Assembly: GCA_045651325.1 (NCBI GenBank)
Contig: JAZRSB010000021.1
Location: 10,603-42,602, forward strand
Length of the DNA: 32,000 bases
Direction: 5' to 3'
Origin: Candidatus Spyradenecus sp.
Lineage (GTDB): Bacteria > Verrucomicrobiota > Verrucomicrobiia > Opitutales > UBA953
This document shows positions 25,830 to 32,000 of this stretch, piece by piece; within the stretch, counting starts at the first letter, position 1, and every line of letters starts with the position of its first letter. Made by a program: the position numbers and the translations under genes. Below the pieces are notes generated by a model. It saw only the letters and a program-made list of their open reading frames with translations, was not told the DNA's origin and did no database searches.

Positions 25830-26591
25830 TTATTGTTGGACTTCGTCACGCACGATAGACGGTGCGGCCTTGAGGAAGCCGTATCCGCCCGGCGTCAGGT
25901 ACGCGGGGAGGAAGAGTCCCTTGGTTTCCGAAACGGCGGCGTCCGCCCAATTGCAAAGCTGTTCGAAATGTTTCACTTCCTTGATTTGCGCGTCGATGTA
26001 GTTGGCGCGGCGCTTTCCGGCGGCGTCAAAAGCTCCGATGACCATGTCGTTGTATTCGAATTCGACGTAGTAGAATCGCGGCTTCGCGTTGCCGGGCATC
26101 TTTTCCTTGTCGCGCTCGACGATTTCGCCGGGAATATAGAACGTGAATTCCTTCTTGCCGTCATTGACCTTGAGGGCGGCAAAAGTCACGGCCGCGCGGT
26201 AGTAAGTGTAGGCATCGCCCTGCCCGCCGCCGGATTCCGCAACGGCTTTTTCGACCATGGCCTTGCCTCGGCTGCCGCGGGCGCGGGAACCGGTAGCGCC
26301 CTCGGAAGAAAGCGAAGCCGCCGTCTTATCGTAAACCAGGGTTACGCGGAGCTTCACGTTGTTCAGAAACGTCGAAGGCAGGTAATCCTTGTTGGCGTTC
26401 ACCTTAAATTCCACCTTGGTCTGAGCCCATTTGTAGGCGGGATCGGCGTTCGGCATCTGGACAACCTTGAAATCGACTTTTTGCACCTGAATGTCGGGCA
26501 CCTTGGCGGCGACATCTTGGGCGAATGCGGAAACGGCGAGGGCCGCAAGGGCAGAGAACAGTACAAGGAATTTTTTTAAGGGATTTTTCAT
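25830..26591 (-). CDS. Secreted hypothetical protein, first gene of the pilus-like module (Amuc_1102-type by position)
   Basis: The track ORF starts at a TTG (26600). I prefer the ATG at 26591 (MKNPLKKFLVLFSALAALAVSAFA|QD, a clean signal peptide). The protein is beta-rich and I recognise no motif. It lies 32 nt upstream of the PilM/N gene. Confidence 0.55.
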   Translation of the reverse strand: MKNPLKKFLVLFSALAALAVSAFAQDVAAKVPDIQVQKVDFKVVQMPNADPAYKWAQTKVEFKVNANKDYLPSTFLNNVKLRVTLVYDKTAASLSSEGATGSRARGSRGKAMVEKAVAESGGGQGDAYTYYRAAVTFAALKVNDGKKEFTFYIPGEIVERDKEKMPGNAKPRFYYVEFEYNDMVIGAFDAAGKRRANYIDAQIKEVKHFEQLCNWADAAVSETKGLFLPAYLTPGGYGFLKAAPSIVRDEVQQ

Positions 26592-26728
26592 AAAGGGCAA
26601 GATTTAGGGGTTGGAGAGAAAACTGATTGGCATAAATTAAAGGCTTTAGAAGCGCCGTTTCAATCACAAAAACGGAGGAAACCGGTAGGAAAGTTCGGAC
26701 GCCGAAGTCGCTTTACGAAGCGCGGAAA

Positions 26729-27235
26729 TCACCAAACTCCGACAACCGTATCCCGGATTTTACGGGCGGCGTCACGGGAAAGTTGCGGGAATACCTGTGT
26801 TTCCAAAAGTCCGGCCTGCCCGCCCATGTAATTTTCGGAGGTAACGCTAACCGGACGGTTGCGGAAGTAATACTTTCCCGTCCGCATATTGCGCAGCGAG
26901 CAATTCAGCGTCACCGTCATCGTCGTCGTGCTGGCGACATCCGTGTTGCGGGAATTCGTCAGAGAAATCCGGCGCGTCACGTCCGCAATAACGACGGTCA
27001 GCTCCGCCTGTCCGTTATAGGGAACGACTTCCAGGCCGGCTTCATCGTTCAGACGGTCGATGATATTGCGCGCGAGCGTCGCCTGCGTCTGCGCCAGGTC
27101 GGTCATATTTTCCACGGGCGCGAGCATGATGGTCGAGAACGGCAGTTTCCCGCGTCCTCCGACGGAATAGGTGCAGGAGGTGCTCCAAAGCATTCCCGCA
27201 AACAAACAAATAACGATGAACAGGCGTTTAAGCAT
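26729..27235 (-). CDS. lptE: LptE-like LPS-assembly lipoprotein
   Basis: ORF 26729..27385 trimmed to the ATG at 27235 (MLKRLFIVICLFAGMLWSTSC|TYS, a lipoprotein-type signal). The body follows the LptE pattern: PFSTIMLAPVENMTDLAQTQATLARNIIDRL..., AELTVVIADV, TMTVTLNCSLRNMRTGKYYF. Its start lies 4 nt after the BamD-like stop. Confidence 0.6.
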   Translation of the reverse strand: MLKRLFIVICLFAGMLWSTSCTYSVGGRGKLPFSTIMLAPVENMTDLAQTQATLARNIIDRLNDEAGLEVVPYNGQAELTVVIADVTRRISLTNSRNTDVASTTTMTVTLNCSLRNMRTGKYYFRNRPVSVTSENYMGGQAGLLETQVFPQLSRDAARKIRDTVVGVW

Positions 27236-27239
27236 AGTG

Positions 27240-28601
27240 TTAGGCATCTTCTCCGGGTTCGTTAAACACGCGGCGCGAATCGTTGACGGGCGGCTTTTTA
27301 TCTTCCGGGTCGCTCGTCCGCTCCGGCGATTCCGCAGAACGGAATCCCATTTCCTCGAGTGACTGCTGCGAAGGGGCGTCCGCAAAGTCCTTCGTACGCG
27401 GCGCCGGGTAGCGCCCGAAAAGCCAATCGATGAAAGTCAGCTCGGCGCGTTCTCCGCGACGGATCTTTTCTATGCGCTTGCGAGCCTCGGCGGCGGCGGG
27501 AGAATCCGGCGCGTGCGTGAGCGCTTCGTTGTAAAACACGAGCGCCGAACGCATATTGTTGCGTCGCACATAGTAAAAATCGCCCACGGAGAGCCGATTC
27601 TGAGCAATCAGCGAGCGCAGGGCCTCCGTGCGGGAGTACGCGAATTCGGCCTGCGGGTGCTCGGGATAAAGCGTGTAAAAATCGGTATAATAATTGAGAG
27701 CCCGCCGCGTGGACACCTGGTCCCAATCCGCTCCCGGGCAAAGGCTTTCGTAGGTTGCCGCCAAACGCAGATAGGCCTCGGGGACAAGCGGCGAATCCGG
27801 ATGCACGCTGATGAGCTGCTCAAAGGCATCGATTGCCTCTTGCGTCCGTTCGCCCTCGAAGACCTCCGTCGCAATTTCCGAAGCAAAGACGCCTTTTTGG
27901 AAAAGCACACGCGGCGCTATCGAAGACTGCGGTGCCATCGCGTAAAGTTCGTCGTAAAAGCGCAACACCGCCTTGCGGTCCTTCAACCACGGAATACCGA
28001 ACTTACGCGGGCGCACACCCTGGCGTCCCATTTCGGCAATCATGTAGCCCTGCGTCAGCGCATCGGCGATACGGTCCGACCCCGGATAGGTTTCAACCAA
28101 GGTGCGAATGCGCGCAAAAGCATCTTCAAAGCGACGCGTCATCGCCAGAATGACACATTGCTGATACATGGCTTCCGCGGCAAAAAGAGTCGTCGGGAAC
28201 GCGACAATCACCGCTTCGTAAGCCGAACGGGCGGCATCGCAGTCTCCGCTTAAGGTATAAAGCGCAGGTTCTCCGGCGGTATCGGCATGATTCGGCTCCC
28301 GTTGCAGGCTGTAAGCACTCGCCAGGCGCGCAATGGCATCGACGCAAACCGAGTCCGCCAGACGCCAATTCCGCGAACGCACCCAAAGCCCTTCGGCGTA
28401 GGCGCGTACAAGCGCTTCCCGTTCGCCGAGTCGTTCGCCGCGGGCCTCAATCCGGGCCGCGATTTCATTCCAGCGGGCATCCGAGGCTACGGCATTTTCC
28501 GAAGGACCGGCATTGATCGCCGCCTTTTCGTCCGCAGGTTCCGCCCACGCGGGAAGAGCCAGCAAGCCCGTAGCCAACAACGCTGTCGCGAAAGCCTTCA
28601 T
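27240..28601 (-). CDS. bamD: TPR-repeat BamD (YfiO)-like outer-membrane assembly factor, unusually long (453 aa)
   Basis: A signal peptide (MKAFATALLATGLLALPAWA) is followed by repeated TPR-like helices. Examples are AEAMYQQCVILAMTRRFEDAFARIRTLVETYPGS, PEAYLRLAATYESL, YTLYPEHPQAEFAY and MRSALVFYNEALTHAPDSPAAAEARKRIEKI. There is no canonical lipobox, and the tail is acidic and disordered. Confidence 0.5.
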   Translation of the reverse strand: MKAFATALLATGLLALPAWAEPADEKAAINAGPSENAVASDARWNEIAARIEARGERLGEREALVRAYAEGLWVRSRNWRLADSVCVDAIARLASAYSLQREPNHADTAGEPALYTLSGDCDAARSAYEAVIVAFPTTLFAAEAMYQQCVILAMTRRFEDAFARIRTLVETYPGSDRIADALTQGYMIAEMGRQGVRPRKFGIPWLKDRKAVLRFYDELYAMAPQSSIAPRVLFQKGVFASEIATEVFEGERTQEAIDAFEQLISVHPDSPLVPEAYLRLAATYESLCPGADWDQVSTRRALNYYTDFYTLYPEHPQAEFAYSRTEALRSLIAQNRLSVGDFYYVRRNNMRSALVFYNEALTHAPDSPAAAEARKRIEKIRRGERAELTFIDWLFGRYPAPRTKDFADAPSQQSLEEMGFRSAESPERTSDPEDKKPPVNDSRRVFNEPGEDA

Positions 28602-28607
28602 TCCGGA

Positions 28608-29606
28608 TTATTTCCAACGGATGAGCGTCGCGCCCCAAGTAAATCCGCCGCCGAATGCCGTCAAAAGCACCAAATCTCCGGCCTTGAAACGTCCGGCATC
28701 GTAAGCTTCCTTCATGCAGTTCGGAATCGTCGCCGACGACGTATTTCCGTAGTTCTGGAGATTGACACAGAATTTTTCGAGCGGAATGCCGACCTGACGC
28801 GCCACGGCATCAATGATACGCAAATTCGCCTGGTGCGGGATAACGCATTTAATTTCGTCTGCAGAGACATTGCATTTTTCAAGCAGGCGTTTGCAGCAGT
28901 CGGACATCGTACGGACCGCGACCTTAAAGACTTCCTGACCGGCCATGTGCAGGTAGTGAGCGCCGTCGTGGACGGTTTCGTAGCTCGCCGGGCAGGCACT
29001 TCCGCCTGCGGGCAAGCTCAGCAGATCACCGCTCGAACCGTCGGCGCCGAGAATATTGCCGAGGATGCCGACATAGGGCTCGTTGCATTTCGTAAGCACA
29101 AACGCCGCCGCCGCATCGCCGAAAAGCACGCAGGTATTGCGGTCTTCCCAATTGACGATCGAAGAGAGCTTTTCCGTCGAAATAATCAACACGTTGCGAT
29201 AGTCGCCGGCGCGCAACATATGATTCGCGACCTGCATCATGTAGATGAAGCCCGAGCAGGCGGCCGACATATCGAACGCCGGCACGTCCTTGATTCCGAG
29301 CTTCGCCTGCGTACGGCAGGCCGTTGACGGGAAGGAGTGGTCCGGTGTCGCCGTCGCCACGATAATCAAATCGATTTCTTCCTTGGAGATTCCGGCATTT
29401 TCGATGGCCTTTTCCCCGGCCTTCGCCGCCATATCCGAAGCACTTTCATCCGCATCGGCGAGACGACGCTCGATGATTCCCGTACGCGTACGAATCCATT
29501 CGTCGGAGGTATCGACAAGGCGCGTCAAATCGGCATTAGTCAAGCGGCGCTCCGGCGTATAAACGCCCATGCCGCGAACATAAACGGACGGTGTTGGAGT
29601 TCTCAT
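28608..29606 (-). CDS. fabH: 3-oxoacyl-[ACP] synthase III (FabH)
   Basis: Motifs are DTSDEWIRTRTGIIERR, the active-site Cys in DMSAACSGFIYMMQVA, IPHQANLRIID, NYGNTSSATIP and AFGGGFTWGA. Confidence 0.93.
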   Translation of the reverse strand: MRTPTPSVYVRGMGVYTPERRLTNADLTRLVDTSDEWIRTRTGIIERRLADADESASDMAAKAGEKAIENAGISKEEIDLIIVATATPDHSFPSTACRTQAKLGIKDVPAFDMSAACSGFIYMMQVANHMLRAGDYRNVLIISTEKLSSIVNWEDRNTCVLFGDAAAAFVLTKCNEPYVGILGNILGADGSSGDLLSLPAGGSACPASYETVHDGAHYLHMAGQEVFKVAVRTMSDCCKRLLEKCNVSADEIKCVIPHQANLRIIDAVARQVGIPLEKFCVNLQNYGNTSSATIPNCMKEAYDAGRFKAGDLVLLTAFGGGFTWGATLIRWK

Positions 29607-29684
29607 AAGTTAATGGTTTTATGAAACAGCTTTTCCCGCTAAAATGGAATCATAAAAAAACGATTTCCGCCCTTTCCCGCGAAA

Positions 29685-30653
29685 ATGGACACGATTCTCC
29701 ACAATCTCCGATATCGGCGCTACTCCCGACGATTCCGCGTTCCCGTCAACACCTCCCGCGGGCCGGCAACAACACGCGAAGGGCTGACTGTCTCGCTTTC
29801 CGACAATCTCGGCAACCAAGCAAACGCGGAAATTGCGCCCTGGGAAGGATTCGGCTGCGAATCCCTCGATGACGCGGAAAACGCCCTCAAAACCCTCGCG
29901 GCAAGCCCGTTTCCCGCAAGTGAAAAAACAACAATTCTCGCATCCCTGAAAGCGCTTCCGTGCACACAACACGCCCTTTCCGCCGCATTTTTTCTTTCGG
30001 AAAATCCCGAAGCGCGCCACGCCCCCGAGCCGCCGGACACCGCAATTTGCCGGCTGCTCCTGCGCAATGCCGCCTCCACCCCCGAAGCCCTCGCGGCAAC
30101 ACTGCTCGCCGACCGCCGACACCGCAGTTTCAAAATCAAAATCGGGCTCGCGCCGCTTCCGGACGAAATCAATTTCTGTAAAAAAATCCTAAGCCGCTGT
30201 GCCGAGCTCCGTCCCGACGCCCGCATCCGCTTCGACGCCAACGGCGCCTGGCAAACCCCCGAAGCGCTCGCCGCACTCGCCCCGCTCTACGACTTTGCGC
30301 AACTCGAATTCATCGAACAGCCGCTCTCCGCAACGCCGGAAAACGATGCCGCCGTTTACGCGCTCCCGCCGGAACGCGCCGCCAAAACCGCCCTCGACGA
30401 ATCCCTGCGCGAACCGTGGAAAATGCCCGCAGGCACGAACGTCGTCGCCGTCGTCAAACCGCTGCTCATCGGCGATTTCCCGCGCCTGCGCAATTGGTTG
30501 CAGGAAACGCAAAACGCTCCGCGCTTTGTCATCTCCTCGGTCTTCGAGACGGAATGCGGACGCTCCCTCCTGCGGGAACTCTGCCGCGCCACCCGAAACA
30601 ATCCCCGAGCACTCGCCGCCGGAATCGCCACCAACAACGCATTCGAAGACTAA
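29685..30653 (+). CDS. menC: o-Succinylbenzoate synthase-like enolase-superfamily enzyme (MenC)
   Basis: Enolase-superfamily barrel motifs are in order: SFKIKIG, IRFDANGAW, LEFIEQP, ALDESL, VVAVVKP. Size (322 aa) and the short capping domain fit OSBS rather than MR/MLE. No other men genes are in the window. Confidence 0.65.
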   Translation: MDTILHNLRYRRYSRRFRVPVNTSRGPATTREGLTVSLSDNLGNQANAEIAPWEGFGCESLDDAENALKTLAASPFPASEKTTILASLKALPCTQHALSAAFFLSENPEARHAPEPPDTAICRLLLRNAASTPEALAATLLADRRHRSFKIKIGLAPLPDEINFCKKILSRCAELRPDARIRFDANGAWQTPEALAALAPLYDFAQLEFIEQPLSATPENDAAVYALPPERAAKTALDESLREPWKMPAGTNVVAVVKPLLIGDFPRLRNWLQETQNAPRFVISSVFETECGRSLLRELCRATRNNPRALAAGIATNNAFED

Positions 30654-30660
30654 AAGCTAG

Positions 30661-30888
30661 CTCCGGGAATTCGCTTTTTAGAGATTTGCCTACGGGAAGG
30701 GCATGCCCGCTTGTTCCATTGCGCCGCCGGCACGTCAGGGATATAGCTGCATCACGGAGCGGCGCACTTAGCCTTGGGCGAGTTCGCGGGTTTCGACTCC
30801 CGTCTGCACCCGCGGTTATCCCATGTAGTGCACCTCCGGCGCACAGCCCCGAAGAGGCAATTGCGAATAGGGCCGCCCACTTTTCTTT
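30661..30888. ncRNA. Candidate structured RNA, family not identified, in the convergent menC/ribF intergenic region
   Basis: This is a 247-bp GC-rich spacer, whereas other intergenic regions here are AT-rich or are just terminators. Nested long-range complements are 30669-74 ATTCGC/30863-68 GCGAAT, 30686-90 TTGCC/30856-60 GGCAA, 30693-96 CGGG/30848-51 CCCG, 30726-30 GCCGG/30836-40 CCGGC and 30738-43 GGGATA/30817-22 TATCCC. Local stems are 30721-27 GCGCCGC/30759-65 GCGGCGC and 30785-90 CGCGGG/30809-14 CCCGCG. A TTTTCTTT run lies at 30881-88 on the plus strand. Strand and ends are uncertain. Confidence 0.25.
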
Positions 30889-30900
30889 AAGCATTAAGCT

Positions 30901-31866
30901 CTAATCTCTCTCCTCATTTGAGGCGAAAAAATCCGCGGCGGCGAGGCGATCGAGCCGCAGTTGCGCGCGCAGGGCGTCAACGGACTCAAAGCGTTGTTCC
31001 GGGCGCAGAAACTTCAGCCATTCGACGACGATGGCATCGCCGTAGCCCGGTACCTTTGCGCCGTCGGGGCTATCCAACAGAAACGTCTCCAAGAGCGGAG
31101 CCGGTGTTCCCGCGCGTTCCACGGTCGGACGGACGCCGTAATTGGCGACTCCGGGAAACTCCTGAGCGCCGAATTTTACTTTCACGGCATAGACGCCGAA
31201 GCGCGGACGCAGTTCCGGCTCCCAAGGCAGATTCAGGGTCGGGAAGCCGATTGTACGCCCCAAGCGGCGGCCCGAAATAACCGTTCCTGCCGCGAAATAA
31301 TTTTCGCCGAGCATGGCATCGGCCGCTTCCGTTTCCCCGCGTTCGAGGCATTCGCGAATGCGCGTGGAAGAGATTTTCTCCGACTCGAACAAAACGGGAG
31401 CCAACGCATTAACCGACACAGACTGCGCGCGGGCGCTTTCCCGGAGAAGCGCGACATCGCCCCGGCGCCGTGCCCCGAAGCGGAAATTTTCTCCGACGAA
31501 AATCCCGGCGAGAGCGGGAATCGCCTTTTTAAGCGCGGGCACAAAATCTTCCGCCGCCAAGCCGGCGAGTTCCGGAGTAAACGGACAAATAATCGCAAAA
31601 TCCAAGCCGAGGCGCTCGAACAGCACCGTTTTCGTCGCTTGAGAATAAATCAGCTTTACGGCACCTGCTCCGCGAAAAAACACTTCCGGATGCGGGTTGA
31701 AAGTCAGCGCGCCGCAACGTCCGCCGCAATCCCGCGCCATCGCCTGCGCCGCCGAAAACAGCGCGCGATGCCCGCAGTGCACGCCGTCAAAATTCCCGAT
31801 ACAAAGAATAACCGGGCGATCCGAGAGCGAGTGCGGAAAATCCGCGAGTGAACTTAGAGTCTCCAT
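30901..31866 (-). CDS. ribF: Bifunctional riboflavin kinase / FMN adenylyltransferase (RibF)
   Basis: ORF 30901..31905 trimmed to the ATG at 31866 (METLSSLADFPHSLSDRPVILCIGNFDGVHCGHRALF). The spacing from M to GNFDGVH matches typical RibF. The kinase domain has GRRLGRTIGFPTLNL...GVYAV...GVANYGVRPT. The 13-codon extension in the track would read through a strong terminator hairpin. Confidence 0.9.
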   Translation of the reverse strand: METLSSLADFPHSLSDRPVILCIGNFDGVHCGHRALFSAAQAMARDCGGRCGALTFNPHPEVFFRGAGAVKLIYSQATKTVLFERLGLDFAIICPFTPELAGLAAEDFVPALKKAIPALAGIFVGENFRFGARRRGDVALLRESARAQSVSVNALAPVLFESEKISSTRIRECLERGETEAADAMLGENYFAAGTVISGRRLGRTIGFPTLNLPWEPELRPRFGVYAVKVKFGAQEFPGVANYGVRPTVERAGTPAPLLETFLLDSPDGAKVPGYGDAIVVEWLKFLRPEQRFESVDALRAQLRLDRLAAADFFASNEERD

Positions 31867-31915
31867 AAAACAAAACTGATAACGGCGTTCCCTTTGCAGG
31901 GGCACCGTTATCAGT
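31867..31915 (-). terminator. Rho-independent terminator of the upstream beta-barrel gene, abutting the ribF start codon
   Basis: Minus strand has the stem ACTGATAACGG(T/C)G...CCC-loop-GGG...C(G/A)CCGTTATCAGT (31915..31875, about 15 bp in total). TTTTGTTTT follows at 31875..31867, and the ribF ATG is at 31866. Confidence 0.7.
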
Positions 31916-31931
31916 TACGTTCGCATCTTTA

Positions 31932-32000
31932 ATTAGAAGCGGCAGCGAAGACCGATATTGGCCGAATGCGTCGTCGTGTTATCCAAGTCGGATTCCAGCG
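31932..32000 (-). CDS. C-terminal 22 codons of a probable outer-membrane beta-barrel protein (5' part beyond the window)
   Basis: Hand translation of the minus strand gives ...LESDLDNTTTHSANIGLRCRF-stop (TAA at 31934..31932). The alternating hydrophobic pattern and terminal Phe are typical of OMP C-terminal strands. A strong terminator follows. The fragment is very short, so this is tentative. Confidence 0.3.

Noticed and set aside
25830-26600. TTG start at 26600 for the first gene of the pilus-like module (MPFMKNP...)
   Set aside because: The ATG at 26591 gives a standard signal peptide N terminus (MKNPLKK...). The track evidently reports the first ATG, GTG or TTG in the ORF.
26601-26728. 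Small hairpins (CGCTT-CGTA-AAGCG, TTCGG-CGT-CCGAA, CCGTTT-N9-AAACGG on the minus strand) between the LptE-like gene and the pilus-like module
   Set aside because: The stems are only 5-6 bp with no following T-run, so they are not convincing terminators or a recognisable regulatory RNA. A TTGAAA-17-TTAATT promoter-like match is also too weak to call.
30655-30674. Palindromes AGCTAGCT and GAATTC just after the menC stop
   Set aside because: These are short restriction-site-like palindromes expected by chance. They do not form a stable terminator stem.
30690-30750. SRP-RNA-like fragments (CGGGAAGG, GTCAGG)
   Set aside because: The conserved helix-8 core GGUCCGGAAGGAAGCAGC is not present. There are only short partial matches.
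30785-30815. T-loop-like GGGTTTCGACTCCC suggesting a tRNA, tRNA-Sec or tmRNA 3' end
   Set aside because: The loop would be 8 nt rather than 7. No acceptor stem, anticodon arm or terminal CCA could be built around it on either strand, and the spacer is too short for a tmRNA.
30529-30894. 121-aa minus-strand ORF (and 30416..30904 +) across the menC/ribF spacer
   Set aside because: They overlap the 3' end of menC. After a short hydrophobic start the sequence is Arg/Pro/Gly-rich with no motif. The region is better explained as non-coding and possibly structured RNA.
30901-31930. FMN (RFN) riboswitch near ribF, and the ribF start at 31905
   Set aside because: I saw no RFN consensus on either strand. 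The upstream element is a plain terminator hairpin. The 31905 start adds 13 atypical residues that read through that hairpin, so ATG 31866 is preferred.
1-32000. Searched by eye for CRISPR arrays, transposase/integrase genes, IS inverted repeats, prophage genes, toxin-antitoxin pairs and defence-system ATPases/nucleases
   Set aside because: None found. The only repeats are the intragenic 93-bp repeat, the Asn-tract and the paralogous gene pair. GC content looks uniform apart from the Lys/Glu-rich paralog genes and AT-rich promoter spacers.

Overview
GC-rich bacterial chromosomal segment with dense coding and no mobile elements, CRISPR arrays or rRNA. I count 23 complete and 2 edge-truncated CDS plus a tRNA-Thr/tRNA-Gln pair. 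The gene content points to a PVC-superphylum (Verrucomicrobiota-like) host-glycan degrader. That call is inference from long-form IspG, secreted GH2 and GH84 enzymes, and an Akkermansia-type pilus-like cluster. Housekeeping genes are tkt, sppA, a SMUG1-type uracil-DNA glycosylase, ispG, tatA, a DsbD-family reductase, an LpxR-family lipid A deacylase, a tsaB-like gene, fabH, menC and ribF. The most interesting part is a 12.5 kb same-strand (minus) envelope block at 17129..29606. It runs fabH, a BamD-like gene, an LptE-like gene, then five tightly packed genes collinear with pilM/N-O-P-Q. Those five are a secreted protein, a PilM-PilN fusion, a PilO-position protein, a PilP-position protein and a 986-aa TPR-secretin fusion. 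This matches the poorly understood Amuc_1098-1102 type of cluster, and no pilin, ATPase, platform or prepilin peptidase is in the window. After a terminator and promoter come two tandem paralogous genes, each internally duplicated, one with and one without a signal peptide, of unknown function. Other points are a 247-bp GC-rich convergent intergenic region (30654..30900) with long-range complementarity, which is a candidate structured RNA, and a PEGA/SHOCT lipoprotein with an exact 93-bp-period acidic repeat. Almost every real gene is mirrored by a very long codon-aligned antisense ORF, which I treat as a codon-usage artefact. The supplied ORF track uses alternative start codons and omits ORFs open at the window edge, so several starts were re-derived by hand and two partial genes were added.
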